From Desulfomicrobium sp. (GTDB lineage Bacteria; Desulfobacterota; Desulfovibrionia; Desulfovibrionales; Desulfomicrobiaceae): DNA of 64,000 bases. The stretch spans positions 832,001-896,000 of the forward strand of contig JAXGMI010000002.1 of the NCBI GenBank assembly GCA_040768745.1, read 5' to 3'. Below, piece by piece: positions 27,527 through 38,834 of this stretch. How positions within the stretch are numbered: the stretch's first letter is position 1; the number at the start of each line of letters is the position of its first letter. Position numbers and translations under genes: made by a program. Below the pieces are notes generated by a model. The model had not been told where the DNA came from and did not search any database. It worked only from the letters and a program-made list of their open reading frames with translations.

Positions 27527-27910
27527 TCACCGGTTGCCCACCAGCCCCTGGATATGTGGGCCCAGCACCAACGCACCGATCAACACGGCAGACATGGCCG
27601 CGATGAGGACCCCACCGGCGGCCACGTCCTTGGCCTTGCCTACCAGGGGATGAAATTCAGGAGACGCGGCATCTGCCAGAAACTCCAAGGCCGTGTTCAG
27701 GGCTTCGGCAGTCCACACTGCCCCCATGGCCAGGACAAGCCAGCACCACTCCGGGGCCGACAGTCCAAGGAGGACGCCAATGCCGCAGACTGCCACGGTT
27801 GCGGCGGCATGAATCCAGGCATTCCGCTGGGTCTTCACCATGGTCAGAATGCCGCGGAAAGCGAACCTGAAGCTCGCCAACCGTCCGGAAAGGTTTAAGG
27901 ATTTGTGCAT
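27527..27910 (-). CDS. dgkA: Diacylglycerol/undecaprenol kinase (DgkA family)
   Basis: SFRFAFRGI, QRNAWIH, EALNTALE, AKDVAAGGVL. Confidence 0.85.
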   Translation of the reverse strand: MHKSLNLSGRLASFRFAFRGILTMVKTQRNAWIHAAATVAVCGIGVLLGLSAPEWCWLVLAMGAVWTAEALNTALEFLADAASPEFHPLVGKAKDVAAGGVLIAAMSAVLIGALVLGPHIQGLVGNR

Positions 27911-28167
27911 GCGTGTCTCCCCGGGCCCTCTGCTCTGCGCCAAACCACCCTGGTGCTGCGGACGGACGGCACCCGCATGGCCTGTCAACGCGGGTGCGCT
28001 GCCAGAGTGCGGGGAAGTAGTGGCTGCCCTGCGCAACCATAGGAGGTTGCACGCCCCACCGGCAACCTGCAAATGCGGACGTTCCTGCCGGTGTAGCCTT
28101 CCCGCAAAGCAGGGCCATTGATTGCTGGTAAAGATTGGCACATAATGGTGAATGAGGGCTAAGCAAG

Positions 28168-28203
28168 AAAAAAGGGACTTCAGCATTCAAACTGAAATCC
28201 CTT
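28168..28203 (-). terminator. Intrinsic terminator of the tRNA operon
   Basis: AAGGGAcTTCAG...CTGAAaTCCCTT hairpin with an A-run on its left, 10 bp downstream of the tRNA-Asp CCA. Confidence 0.75.
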
Positions 28204-28213
28204 ATTCTTGTAG

Positions 28214-28290
<77 letters not shown>

Positions 28291-28300
28291 GCGTGGTCTT

Positions 28301-28376
28301 TGGTGGGCGGTACAGGGATCGAACCTATGACATTCGGCTTGTAAGGCCGACGCTCTCCCAGCTGAGCTAACCGCCC
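28301..28376 (-). tRNA. tRNA-Val (TAC)
   Basis: GGGCGGTTAGCTCAGCTGGGAGAGCGTCGGCCTTACAAGCCGAATGTCATAGGTTCGATCCCTGTACCGCCCACCA folds as a cloverleaf with encoded CCA. Confidence 0.97.
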
Positions 28377-28523
28377 TGCCCGTCCAACGAGAAACTGTCT
28401 CTATAGATTCGGCACCTGCCTGTCAAAGGGTTTTTTCAAAAACCCTTCTGTAGATTGAAAATGAATAAATTCAGCAGAATAATGAATATACTCTGGATGG
28501 CACATCGTGTTCCGACAAGCCCC

Positions 28524-28949
28524 TCAGGATGAATCCTCCATCTGGTTCACATCCAGGGGCTCCACCTTCCACCGGTGGCGGATCCAGTTGATCCCGCGCA
28601 ACACAGGCCCCCTGGAGACAATGAACCGCTCCAGCCGATATTTCCCGGGAAAATTCATGAGGAGCAGGCCCATGAAAATTGTCAACAGCCCCTGCCCCGG
28701 GAGGACGAGCATGACCACGCCAGCCGCCACGAGCACGAGGCCCAGGAGGTTCTTGGCGGCCATGACCACCAGCCGCAGGGCCGGATGACGCCTGCCCCAG
28801 CGCGTGTCGCCTCGCCGGGAGGCAGAGAAATAATCTGCCGGAATGCGCACGGCCAGGAAAGGGACCACTGCCAGAGAGGCGACGAAGGTCACTGCAGACA
28901 CTGCGGCCAGCCACCACAGACCGTCAACCCAGTTCTCCAGACCGAACAT
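28524..28949 (-). CDS. PGPGW-family transmembrane protein
   Basis: RIPADYF, KNLLG, MLVLPGQGLLTI, FPGKYRLE. Confidence 0.8.
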   Translation of the reverse strand: MFGLENWVDGLWWLAAVSAVTFVASLAVVPFLAVRIPADYFSASRRGDTRWGRRHPALRLVVMAAKNLLGLVLVAAGVVMLVLPGQGLLTIFMGLLLMNFPGKYRLERFIVSRGPVLRGINWIRHRWKVEPLDVNQMEDSS

Positions 28950-28957
28950 GCCCGGCC

Positions 28958-29953
28958 CTACATGGCCCTGAATCCTGCCAGAACCTGGGAGTACTGCCCG
29001 GTCTTAAGGCGCGGCCCGAATGTGCCCACGACCTTGGACGCGGCGTAACTGGCAAAATTGCCGGCCTGGACATAGGTCATGCCGTGGGTGATGCCGTGCA
29101 GGAAGGCCCCGGCGAACATATCCCCGGCCCCGTTGGTGTCAATGGGGGTGACGGGATAAGGGTCGATCTCGTGGAATGCGTATCCGTCATAGACCAGGGC
29201 CCCCTCCCCACCCAGGGTAACCACAAAGGCCCCGGCCCTCTGGCGCAGCTGATCCGCGGCCTTGGCCAGGGTTCGGCAATCGCCCCAGAGCAGGGCCTCC
29301 TCACGGTTGCAGAAGAGCAGGTCCACGCCGTCCCCGACGATCTCTTCCAGGCCCAGGCGGAAATACTTGACCATGGACGGGTCCGAAAAGCTGAAGGCCG
29401 TTTTCACACCGGCCCCGCGGGCCAGACTCATGGCCCGGACCACGGCCGGTCTGGCCGTGGGCGAGGTGACCAGGTACCCTTCGGCATAGAGGAACTCAGA
29501 GTCCCGCAACGCGTCCTCGCACAACTGAGCCTCGGACAGGGATTCGGAGATGCCCAGGTAGGTGTTCATGGTCCGCTCCGCATCGGGGGTGATCATGACC
29601 AGGCACTTGCCCGTCACGCCATCAGGGCGTCTGTCCGACAGATTGGTGTCCACTCCGGCACGGGCCAGTTCGGAGACATAGAAGTCGCCCATCTCGTCGT
29701 TGCTGACCAGACAGGTATAGAAGGACGTGCCGCCGAACAGGGCGTTGGCCACCACGCTGTTTGCTGCCGAGCCACCACCCGAGCGCACCCCTCGTTCCAC
29801 ACGCAAGAACTCCAGGAGTTCAAACTGCCGTCCCTCATCGACCAGGGTCATGAACCCTTTTTCTACACCCATGGTCTCCAGAAACGCGTCGGGCACTTCG
29901 AATTCCATGTCCACCAGAGCATTGCCCATGCCGTACAGATCATATTTCTTCAT
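28958..29953 (-). CDS. PfkB-family (adenosine/inosine) kinase
   Basis: GMGNALVD, SGGGSAANS, ITPDAERTM, NREEA, DTNGAGD. Real start is MKKYD at 29953; the longer ORF-track N-terminus lies out of frame inside the AI-2E gene. Confidence 0.9.
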   Translation of the reverse strand: MKKYDLYGMGNALVDMEFEVPDAFLETMGVEKGFMTLVDEGRQFELLEFLRVERGVRSGGGSAANSVVANALFGGTSFYTCLVSNDEMGDFYVSELARAGVDTNLSDRRPDGVTGKCLVMITPDAERTMNTYLGISESLSEAQLCEDALRDSEFLYAEGYLVTSPTARPAVVRAMSLARGAGVKTAFSFSDPSMVKYFRLGLEEIVGDGVDLLFCNREEALLWGDCRTLAKAADQLRQRAGAFVVTLGGEGALVYDGYAFHEIDPYPVTPIDTNGAGDMFAGAFLHGITHGMTYVQAGNFASYAASKVVGTFGPRLKTGQYSQVLAGFRAM

Positions 29954-29991
29954 TGCGTATCCGTTTGTTGGAAATGACGGGGCAGACAATC

Positions 29992-31077
29992 CTAAACCGT
30001 CCCGGGCTCTGCACCCTGCCCCGCGACGGATGTCAGACGGGAATGCCGCCACGCATTCAGCACTGCTTGGGCCAGGGATGCCAGGGGGATGGCGAAGAAG
30101 ACGCCCCAGAAGCCCCATACCCCTCCAAACAAAAGAATGGCCATGATGGAGGCGATGGGGTGCAGGTTGACGGCTCCGGACAGGAGCAGGGGCACGAGCA
30201 CATTGGCATCCAGGAGCTGGACCACGAAATAGGCGAACATGGCCCAGGTGAAATGCGAGTCCATGCCCCACTGGATGTAGGCGATGATGAGCACGGGCAC
30301 GGTCACGACCACGGCCCCGATGTAGGGGATGATGACGGACAGGCCCACCAGCAGACTCAGAAGCATGGCGTAATCCAGCCCGAAGAACAGAAAGCATCCG
30401 TAGGTCGCGCCCCAGACAATGAGCACTTCCCAGATCCGGCCCCGCACGTAGTTGCCGGCCTGGATCTTGACGTCGGTCCAGACCCGGCTGGCCAGGTTGT
30501 GGTCCGAGGGCAGGAAGGCACCCAGCCAGGTCAGGATGACTTTTTTGTCCTTCAGAAAGAAGAAGACCATGATGGGCATGAGCACCAGGTAGACCACGAA
30601 GGAAAAAACCGAGCGGACCGAGGACAGGGAAAAGGCCAGAATTTGCTGCCCATACTGGGAGAACTGCAGGGTCAGGGAGTCGACGATGGCCTGCATCTGG
30701 GCTTCGGTCAAAATCGGATATTGCTGGGGCAGATGCAGCATGGCGTTCTGGGCCTTGGAGATGATCCAGGGGATGTTGTCGATCAGATCCGTGATCTGGG
30801 AGGCCAGCAGCGGGATGAGGGCGAACAGGAGCACTGCCAGGAAAAGCATGAACATCCCGAAAACGAGGCAAACCGCCAGCATGCGCGGCCAGCGGAAGCC
30901 CTCCAGGACCCGTACCAGCCCCTCCAGCAGGAAGGCGATGATCACGCTGGCGATGACCGGGGCCAGGAGATCCCCCACAGACAGGATGATGGCGGCGCAG
31001 ACGACCAGCACCAGGAAGAGGATGACCAGCTGCGTGTCCGAAAAGACGGTGTGCAGCCATTGACGGACGATGTGCAT
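29992..31077 (-). CDS. AI-2E family (PerM-like) transporter
   Basis: Multi-TM protein with FFFLKD, NYVRG, IPYIGA, LDANVLVP, LHPI, GFWGVFFAIPLA. Confidence 0.9.
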   Translation of the reverse strand: MHIVRQWLHTVFSDTQLVILFLVLVVCAAIILSVGDLLAPVIASVIIAFLLEGLVRVLEGFRWPRMLAVCLVFGMFMLFLAVLLFALIPLLASQITDLIDNIPWIISKAQNAMLHLPQQYPILTEAQMQAIVDSLTLQFSQYGQQILAFSLSSVRSVFSFVVYLVLMPIMVFFFLKDKKVILTWLGAFLPSDHNLASRVWTDVKIQAGNYVRGRIWEVLIVWGATYGCFLFFGLDYAMLLSLLVGLSVIIPYIGAVVVTVPVLIIAYIQWGMDSHFTWAMFAYFVVQLLDANVLVPLLLSGAVNLHPIASIMAILLFGGVWGFWGVFFAIPLASLAQAVLNAWRHSRLTSVAGQGAEPGTV

Positions 31078-31156
31078 GCGATGCTCTTGTGGATGGGAGG
31101 GGACAGGATGCTTTGGCTGTTCCTAGTCAACGGGTTTTGCCGCGTCAATGTGCGCG

Positions 31157-31184
31157 AAAGAAAGGCCGCCCAACCGGGCGGCCT
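31157..31184 (-). terminator. Intrinsic terminator downstream of GSIII
   Basis: AGGCCGCCC-AACC-GGGCGGCCT with an A-rich left flank. Confidence 0.7.
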
Positions 31185-31305
31185 GAGGATTCTGAATCAG
31201 ACAGGGTCCGGACCTGGCGAGGGAGCATGTCCCTGCACGGAACAGTCCGGCTGCAACGGGCAGGAGTCTGAGCGTCTCCGGCCTCCGTTTGGGTGTGGAT
31301 AGCCT

Positions 31306-33489
<2,184 letters not shown>

Positions 33490-33559
33490 GATATCCTCCA
33501 GAGCGAGTTGGGTAGTGTTCATCCTGACAAATCCAGGGCAACAAAGGCACCTTCATTAA

Positions 33560-33575
33560 AGCAATCGATATGCCA
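33560..33575 (-). promoter_or_regulatory. Sigma54 promoter of GSIII
   Basis: Minus strand TGGCATATCGATTGCT, a near-consensus TGGCA-N6-TTGCT, 70 bp upstream of the start. Confidence 0.85.
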
Positions 33576-34066
33576 TTGCGACAACATGCTGAAATTGTTG
33601 CGCCATGTTTTTCGCGGCTTGACATAAATAACATTTTTGAAATGTGCAACCCTAAATTTCGGCCCTATCCTGGATTATATGTTGCAAATTTGTTAATTAA
33701 AAGCCGGGACAGGAACAGTTGCGGGACGCGTGCTTCGCCCTGCGGCCAGAGGCAACAGCAATGACGCGGGACCTCGATCCCACGCGTCAGCCACACAACT
33801 GTGACAGCAGATGCCATCTGACGCGGACGCCAGGGCCCTGCTCCACCCCAGGACCATGCAGGCCACCCTTGTCAGCGGCCTGTGGGCGCCGTGAACCAAA
33901 AACTCTTGATTTGCGGGTTCATCCGGAAAGAAGGGGTTCTGGCTGGCGGCGTGCTGGCCGCAGCCCTGGCAGAAGTCCGCCCGAGGTCTTGGTCCTTGCC
34001 GCATCGCGGCAAGAGGGTGTACATACACGGCATCTTTTACCAAATCGCACGGGGAAACCATCGAGC

Positions 34067-35479
34067 ATGCGCACCAACGACATCGCCCTCGTCGGGTTGG
34101 CCACCATGGGACAAAATCTGGCCCTGAACATGGACCGCAACGGGTTCGCCGTCATTGTGTGCAACCGCACATGGGGCAGGACCGAGGAATTCATGGCTGG
34201 CCCGGCCCGGGAAACGTCCATCGTTGCAGCGCGCGACCTGAAGGCCTGCGCAGCCTCCCTGACCAGACCCCGCAAAATCTTCCTCATGGTCAAGGCCGGC
34301 GACGCCGTGGACAAATTGATAGACGAGATCGTTCCCTTCCTGGAGCCAGGCGACGTGATCATGGACGGGGGCAACTCGCACTTCCAGGACACGGAGCGCC
34401 GCATCCGGGACCTGCAGGGTGCGGGCATTTTCTTTCTGGGAGTGGGCGTTTCGGGAGGGGAAAAAGGTGCGCTCCTGGGGCCAAGCATCATGCCTGGCGG
34501 GGACCGGGTGGGATGGGGGCAGGTTTCGTCCATTTTGGAATCCATTGCCGCCAGAAGCGCCGATGGCCGCCCCTGCACGGACTACATGGGCGCGGGCGGG
34601 GCCGGACATTTCGTCAAGATGGTGCACAACGGCATCGAATACGCGGTCATGCAGCTCATTGCCGAAACCTACGACCTGTTGGTCCGCGGGCACGGATACC
34701 CGGATGAACAGGCGGCCAAGATTTTCAGAACCTGGAACAGAGGGCCAGGATCCTCCTATCTCCTCGAAATCACGTCCCACATCCTCGGCACCATAGACCC
34801 ATCCTCGGGCCAACCCATCCTCGGTTCCATCGTGGATGCGGCAGGGAGCAAAGGGACTGGGTTGTGGACCACGCAGACCTCCCTGGCCTTGGGCGTGCCG
34901 GCCCCGACCATCACGGCTGCGGTGGAAGCACGGCTCATCTCCGGCCTGCGGGCGGAACGCCTGCACGCCGGCGCCCTGCCCGGGGTACTGACAAATCCCG
35001 AAGCTTTGTCTGACGGGGGCGACAGCCTTGGACAGGCCCTCTTGACCGCCACCCTCATGGCCTATGCCCAGGGGTTTGCCCTGCTCCAGGCAGCCGAGGC
35101 AGCCTGGTCCTGGGGACTCGACCCGGTGCGCATCGCCCGGGTCTGGAGAGAAGGGTGCATCATCCGGGCCGCGTTCCTGGATACCCTGGCAGAGGCTCTT
35201 TCCCATCCTGGATTGCCCAACCTGCTCCAGGCCGCCACCATGAGGGAGACTTTTTCACGCGGCGGGTCGCATCTGCGCCAGGCCGTGGCCCTTGCTGCCC
35301 GCCAAGGCGTCCCGGCCCCGGCCCTGGCCTCGAGCCTGGCCTATTACGATGCCTATCGCAGCGCGCGCCTGCCAGCGAACCTGATCCAGGCCCAGCGGGA
35401 TTATTTCGGGTACCATGGATTCGAACGACTGGACAGTCCCGGCACATTTCACGGACCATGGAACAATGAACGGCAATAG
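34067..35479 (+). CDS. gnd: 6-phosphogluconate dehydrogenase (decarboxylating, long form)
   Basis: GLATMGQNL, MVKAG, DGGNS, GVSGGE, VKMVHNGIEY, KGTG, GCIIR, LIQAQRDYFG. Confidence 0.95.
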   Translation: MRTNDIALVGLATMGQNLALNMDRNGFAVIVCNRTWGRTEEFMAGPARETSIVAARDLKACAASLTRPRKIFLMVKAGDAVDKLIDEIVPFLEPGDVIMDGGNSHFQDTERRIRDLQGAGIFFLGVGVSGGEKGALLGPSIMPGGDRVGWGQVSSILESIAARSADGRPCTDYMGAGGAGHFVKMVHNGIEYAVMQLIAETYDLLVRGHGYPDEQAAKIFRTWNRGPGSSYLLEITSHILGTIDPSSGQPILGSIVDAAGSKGTGLWTTQTSLALGVPAPTITAAVEARLISGLRAERLHAGALPGVLTNPEALSDGGDSLGQALLTATLMAYAQGFALLQAAEAAWSWGLDPVRIARVWREGCIIRAAFLDTLAEALSHPGLPNLLQAATMRETFSRGGSHLRQAVALAARQGVPAPALASSLAYYDAYRSARLPANLIQAQRDYFGYHGFERLDSPGTFHGPWNNERQ

Positions 35480-35801
35480 ACGCCATTGGCCACGCCAGCA
35501 GGTCAGCGTGCCGTGCCTTGTCGATACCCCAGAAAACGGGGAGGGAGCATCCTCGGCCCGTATCCTGAACATATGCCCCGGCGGCGTGATGCTTGAGGCG
35601 GATCAGGCCTTCATGCCAGGCCAACGCCTGACCATAGTGCTGGAACACGGTCCGGACGCCCTCCTGTTCGAATCCATGGGGGTGATGACGGGATTTGTGC
35701 GCTGGAACCAGATCGCGGATCCCGAGAATCCGTCGCACTATCATGTCGGCGTCGCCCTGGAGCGCGACCTTCCACGCAGGATTTTCATGACTGAGCACTG
35801 A
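35466..35801 (+). CDS. Stand-alone PilZ domain protein
   Basis: RRHWPR (RxxxR) and NICPGG, then VRW...HVGV. Overlaps the gnd stop. Confidence 0.75.
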   Translation: MNGNRRHWPRQQVSVPCLVDTPENGEGASSARILNICPGGVMLEADQAFMPGQRLTIVLEHGPDALLFESMGVMTGFVRWNQIADPENPSHYHVGVALERDLPRRIFMTEH

Positions 35802-35906
35802 ATCCCAACATTCTTCTTGTTTTGCACCGCCTCCTGGCCTAATTGATGGGCGAGAGCGGCCAACACAGGCCAAGGCTGCAAAAGATCCTTTGCAAAGGAC
35901 GATACA

Positions 35907-36254
35907 ATGCCTCTGCACATGCCGAAAAAAAGAAAATGGGAACGGTACGGATGCCTGATACCCTGCCGCATCATTCCTGTGGACCATCCCCAGATGACCG
36001 TCTCCGCCCGGATCATCAACATCGGAAGGGGCGGCCTGCTGGTCGAGGCCGATTACAATTTCAATCCCGATGACAGGGTGTGCATCCGGATCAATCCCGA
36101 CGCCGAGTTGGAACGCTTTGACGTGGGTGGCGACATCCAGGGCACCGTGCGCTGGGGCCAGATTGACCCGGCCTCGCTCATGGGACTTTTCTATGTAGGC
36201 ATTGAATTCGACGATCTTCTGCCCCTCAAACAGGCCATGGACCACCAGACCTGA
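35907..36254 (+). CDS. Stand-alone PilZ domain protein
   Basis: RKWER (RxxxR-like) and NIGRGG, GTVRW, YVGIEF. Confidence 0.75.
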   Translation: MPLHMPKKRKWERYGCLIPCRIIPVDHPQMTVSARIINIGRGGLLVEADYNFNPDDRVCIRINPDAELERFDVGGDIQGTVRWGQIDPASLMGLFYVGIEFDDLLPLKQAMDHQT

Positions 36255-36387
36255 GGCTCTGGCAGGAAAGGCACGCAAGCCCCCCACGAATCCCCCGGAT
36301 GCACTGCCTCTGTGCGCCATGTTCGCCCGGCACCGGTCCGGACATGACGGAGAACGGAAAGTTTGTCCGGATCCCCGGATTTCCGGA

Positions 36388-36663
36388 CTACTGCTGGCAC
36401 AATTCCTTGCGGCGGGATTCCTGGGCCAGATACCGCGACACAGCGTCCACCTCCACGGGTGTCAGCAGTTCAGGCTGGTAGGCCACCATGCGTTCCACCA
36501 TCCCTTTCCACCAGGCCCTGTCGCTGGAAGCCACGTCACAATTCTTGGCCAGGTCATGACAGCCCTGGCAGCGCTGCAACACCAAGGCTCGGATGTCCGT
36601 GGCGCCGGCCAGGCAGGCCAGCATCGCCAGGAATACAACGACGGTTCCGAGGACGTATTTCAT
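36388..36663 (-). CDS. Small exported putative monoheme cytochrome c
   Basis: Signal peptide MKYVLGTVVVFLAMLACLAGA, CQGCH, W..MVERM (candidate Met ligand). RBS AAGGAGG. Confidence 0.7.
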   Translation of the reverse strand: MKYVLGTVVVFLAMLACLAGATDIRALVLQRCQGCHDLAKNCDVASSDRAWWKGMVERMVAYQPELLTPVEVDAVSRYLAQESRRKELCQQ

Positions 36664-36876
36664 GGTCATTCCTCCTTCGCACGGCAGATTCAGCCACCTT
36701 GTGTACGCCGGAGCGAGATGGATTCCAATGCCTTGCTCCCCTGAAAATCCGAAGACCCCTTTCCGCTGCGGCCGCAACCCCCATGGGCTGGATACCCTAC
36801 GTTGCGGCTCTGGATTATTGAAAATCTTTCGCGTAGAAATAATTTCCGGAGATTGAGACGCACCAGCGAGGAATCA

Positions 36877-37707
36877 ATGAGCCGCAACGTGATCAACATT
36901 TACCCTGACGAACTGGAAGAATTCAGGGCCAAGACCAGGGAACGAAACTATCTTCTGGTGGATGTGCGCCAGCCCTTGGAATATGCCAACGGCCATATTC
37001 CCGGAGCCCAGCTCATCCCTCTGCCGGAAATAGAAAAACGACTCGAGGAACTCGATGGGGACAAAAACCTCATTCTCTATTGCCGCACCGGCGGCAGATC
37101 CGCTGTTGCCGCGGCCCTGATCAAGGACGCCGCCCCCCGCCAGGGCACTATTTACAATCTTGTGGGAGGCATAACAGGCTGGGAAGGCAAGGCCCTGAAG
37201 GACATCCCCCATCTGGAACTCTTCCCCCGGGACATGCCCCTGGCCCAGACCCTGTACCGGGCCATGAACATGGAGAAAGGGGCCTTTCTCTTCTACGGCG
37301 ATCTGGCCGAGGAGTACAAAGATTCGGAACTGGGCCGCCTGCTCCAGGACATGGGCGGGATGGAAGAGAAACATGCCCGCAGCATCTTCACATACTGGCA
37401 AAAACACGCCCCGGCCCCCAGCAGGGACACCTTCGATGAACTGTTCGAGCGTCTGGACGGTCGGATCATGGAGGGCGGCAAGCCCGTCTCGGCCTGGATG
37501 GCCCGGCTGGGCAAGGACCCCAAGGACCGCGTGCTGCGTCTCATGGAGCTGGCCTGCGAAATCGAGTATTATGCCTATGACCTGTACCGGGGGCTGGCCA
37601 GGCGGGACAAGGATGCGGAGGCGGTCCAGACCTACCTTCTGTTGGCGGAGCAGGAAAAGGCCCACGTCCGGATCATCTCCAAGGCTCTGGAGCGAGTCGT
37701 CGGGTGA
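36877..37707 (+). CDS. Rhodanese domain fused to a ferritin/rubrerythrin-like domain
   Basis: DVRQPLEY..GHIPGA, YCRTGGRS, GGITGW, then AMNMEK...EEKH and IE..AYDLY...QEKAH (ExxH pairs). Confidence 0.85.
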   Translation: MSRNVINIYPDELEEFRAKTRERNYLLVDVRQPLEYANGHIPGAQLIPLPEIEKRLEELDGDKNLILYCRTGGRSAVAAALIKDAAPRQGTIYNLVGGITGWEGKALKDIPHLELFPRDMPLAQTLYRAMNMEKGAFLFYGDLAEEYKDSELGRLLQDMGGMEEKHARSIFTYWQKHAPAPSRDTFDELFERLDGRIMEGGKPVSAWMARLGKDPKDRVLRLMELACEIEYYAYDLYRGLARRDKDAEAVQTYLLLAEQEKAHVRIISKALERVVG

Positions 37708-38615
37708 TCCCTGTCTTCCTGGACCACGCCTCGGACTACATCCAGGCGGCCCAGACGGTCCGGACTCTGCTCAAGGCCATCCTGCCGCCCCCTCGCGGCC
37801 TCAGGATTCTGCTCAAACCCAACTTTGTCTCCCTGCGCCACGCCGGCCTGGCCTGCACCCATGCCCGGATCATCGCGGCGGCTGCCGAGTATTGTCAGGA
37901 CCTGGGCGCCCGGGTGACTGTCGGCGATTCCCCTGCCTTCGGAACGGCGGAACGCATAGCCAGGGAAATCGGCCTGACCGGGCTGTTGGTCCCCCTGAAC
38001 GTTCCGGTCATGACGTTGAACCGGGGCGTGCGGGTCCAGAGCGGAAATGTCACGATCCCGGTTTCAACCCGCGCCCTGCAGGCAGACCTCATCCTCAACC
38101 TGCCCAAATTCAAAGCCCACTCCCAGATGCGCTTCAGCGGCGCGGTGAAAAATCTGTTCGGATGCGTTCCAGGTGTGCACAAGGCCTGGCTCCATGCGCG
38201 GCACGGGGACAAGGGCGCGCGGTTCACGGAAATGATCCGCGGTTTGCAGGCCGTCCTGCCACCCACGGTCAGTCTGCTCGATGGGGTCGAGGCCATGCAT
38301 CGCACAGGCCCCATCATGGGCGAGAAGTTCGACCTGGGCTTTCTGGGGGCAAGCGTCGACAGCGCGGCCCTGGACACAGCCGCGGGACTGGCCCTGGGAG
38401 CAAAAGCAGAAATGTTTCCGATCTGGATGGAGTGCCTCCGTGCAGGGTTGCCGGGCGCGGACCCGGGCCAGCTGGCCTTCCCCCTTCTGCAACCATCTGA
38501 ATTCGATACAAAGGGCTTCATCCTTCCGGCCACCCTTAAACCAGAATCCTTCCGACCGGACGTTCTCGCCAAGAGCCTGACCAAGCGCCTGTGGATGTCC
38601 TGGAGAAAAGACTGA
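37704..38615 (+). CDS. DUF362-domain protein
   Basis: LLKPN, VGDSP, NLPKFKAH, GAVKNLFGCVPG. GTGA overlap with the upstream gene. Confidence 0.85.
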   Translation: MIPVFLDHASDYIQAAQTVRTLLKAILPPPRGLRILLKPNFVSLRHAGLACTHARIIAAAAEYCQDLGARVTVGDSPAFGTAERIAREIGLTGLLVPLNVPVMTLNRGVRVQSGNVTIPVSTRALQADLILNLPKFKAHSQMRFSGAVKNLFGCVPGVHKAWLHARHGDKGARFTEMIRGLQAVLPPTVSLLDGVEAMHRTGPIMGEKFDLGFLGASVDSAALDTAAGLALGAKAEMFPIWMECLRAGLPGADPGQLAFPLLQPSEFDTKGFILPATLKPESFRPDVLAKSLTKRLWMSWRKD

Positions 38616-38834
38616 CCCCACCGCCCGCGGTCAGCCCCTGAAAAAAGGACCAGCAGGCACATGCAGGTATGTGGACGATGGAGCAGGGAGGAAGATCGTG
38701 CCTTCAACGTCATGCACGACATTCCGGCCCAAACCGATGTTGCAGCCCTGCACGGCTTGAGGGTAAGGGATTTTTTGTCCCGCTCCAGTCTCCGCATCTG
38801 ACTGGCTGCCCACGGAAAACGGAAAACGAAGATC

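Noticed and set aside
29954..31060. Long N-terminal extension making a 700-aa PfkB fusion
   Set aside because: It is an alternative frame within the AI-2E gene; the kinase begins at 29953.
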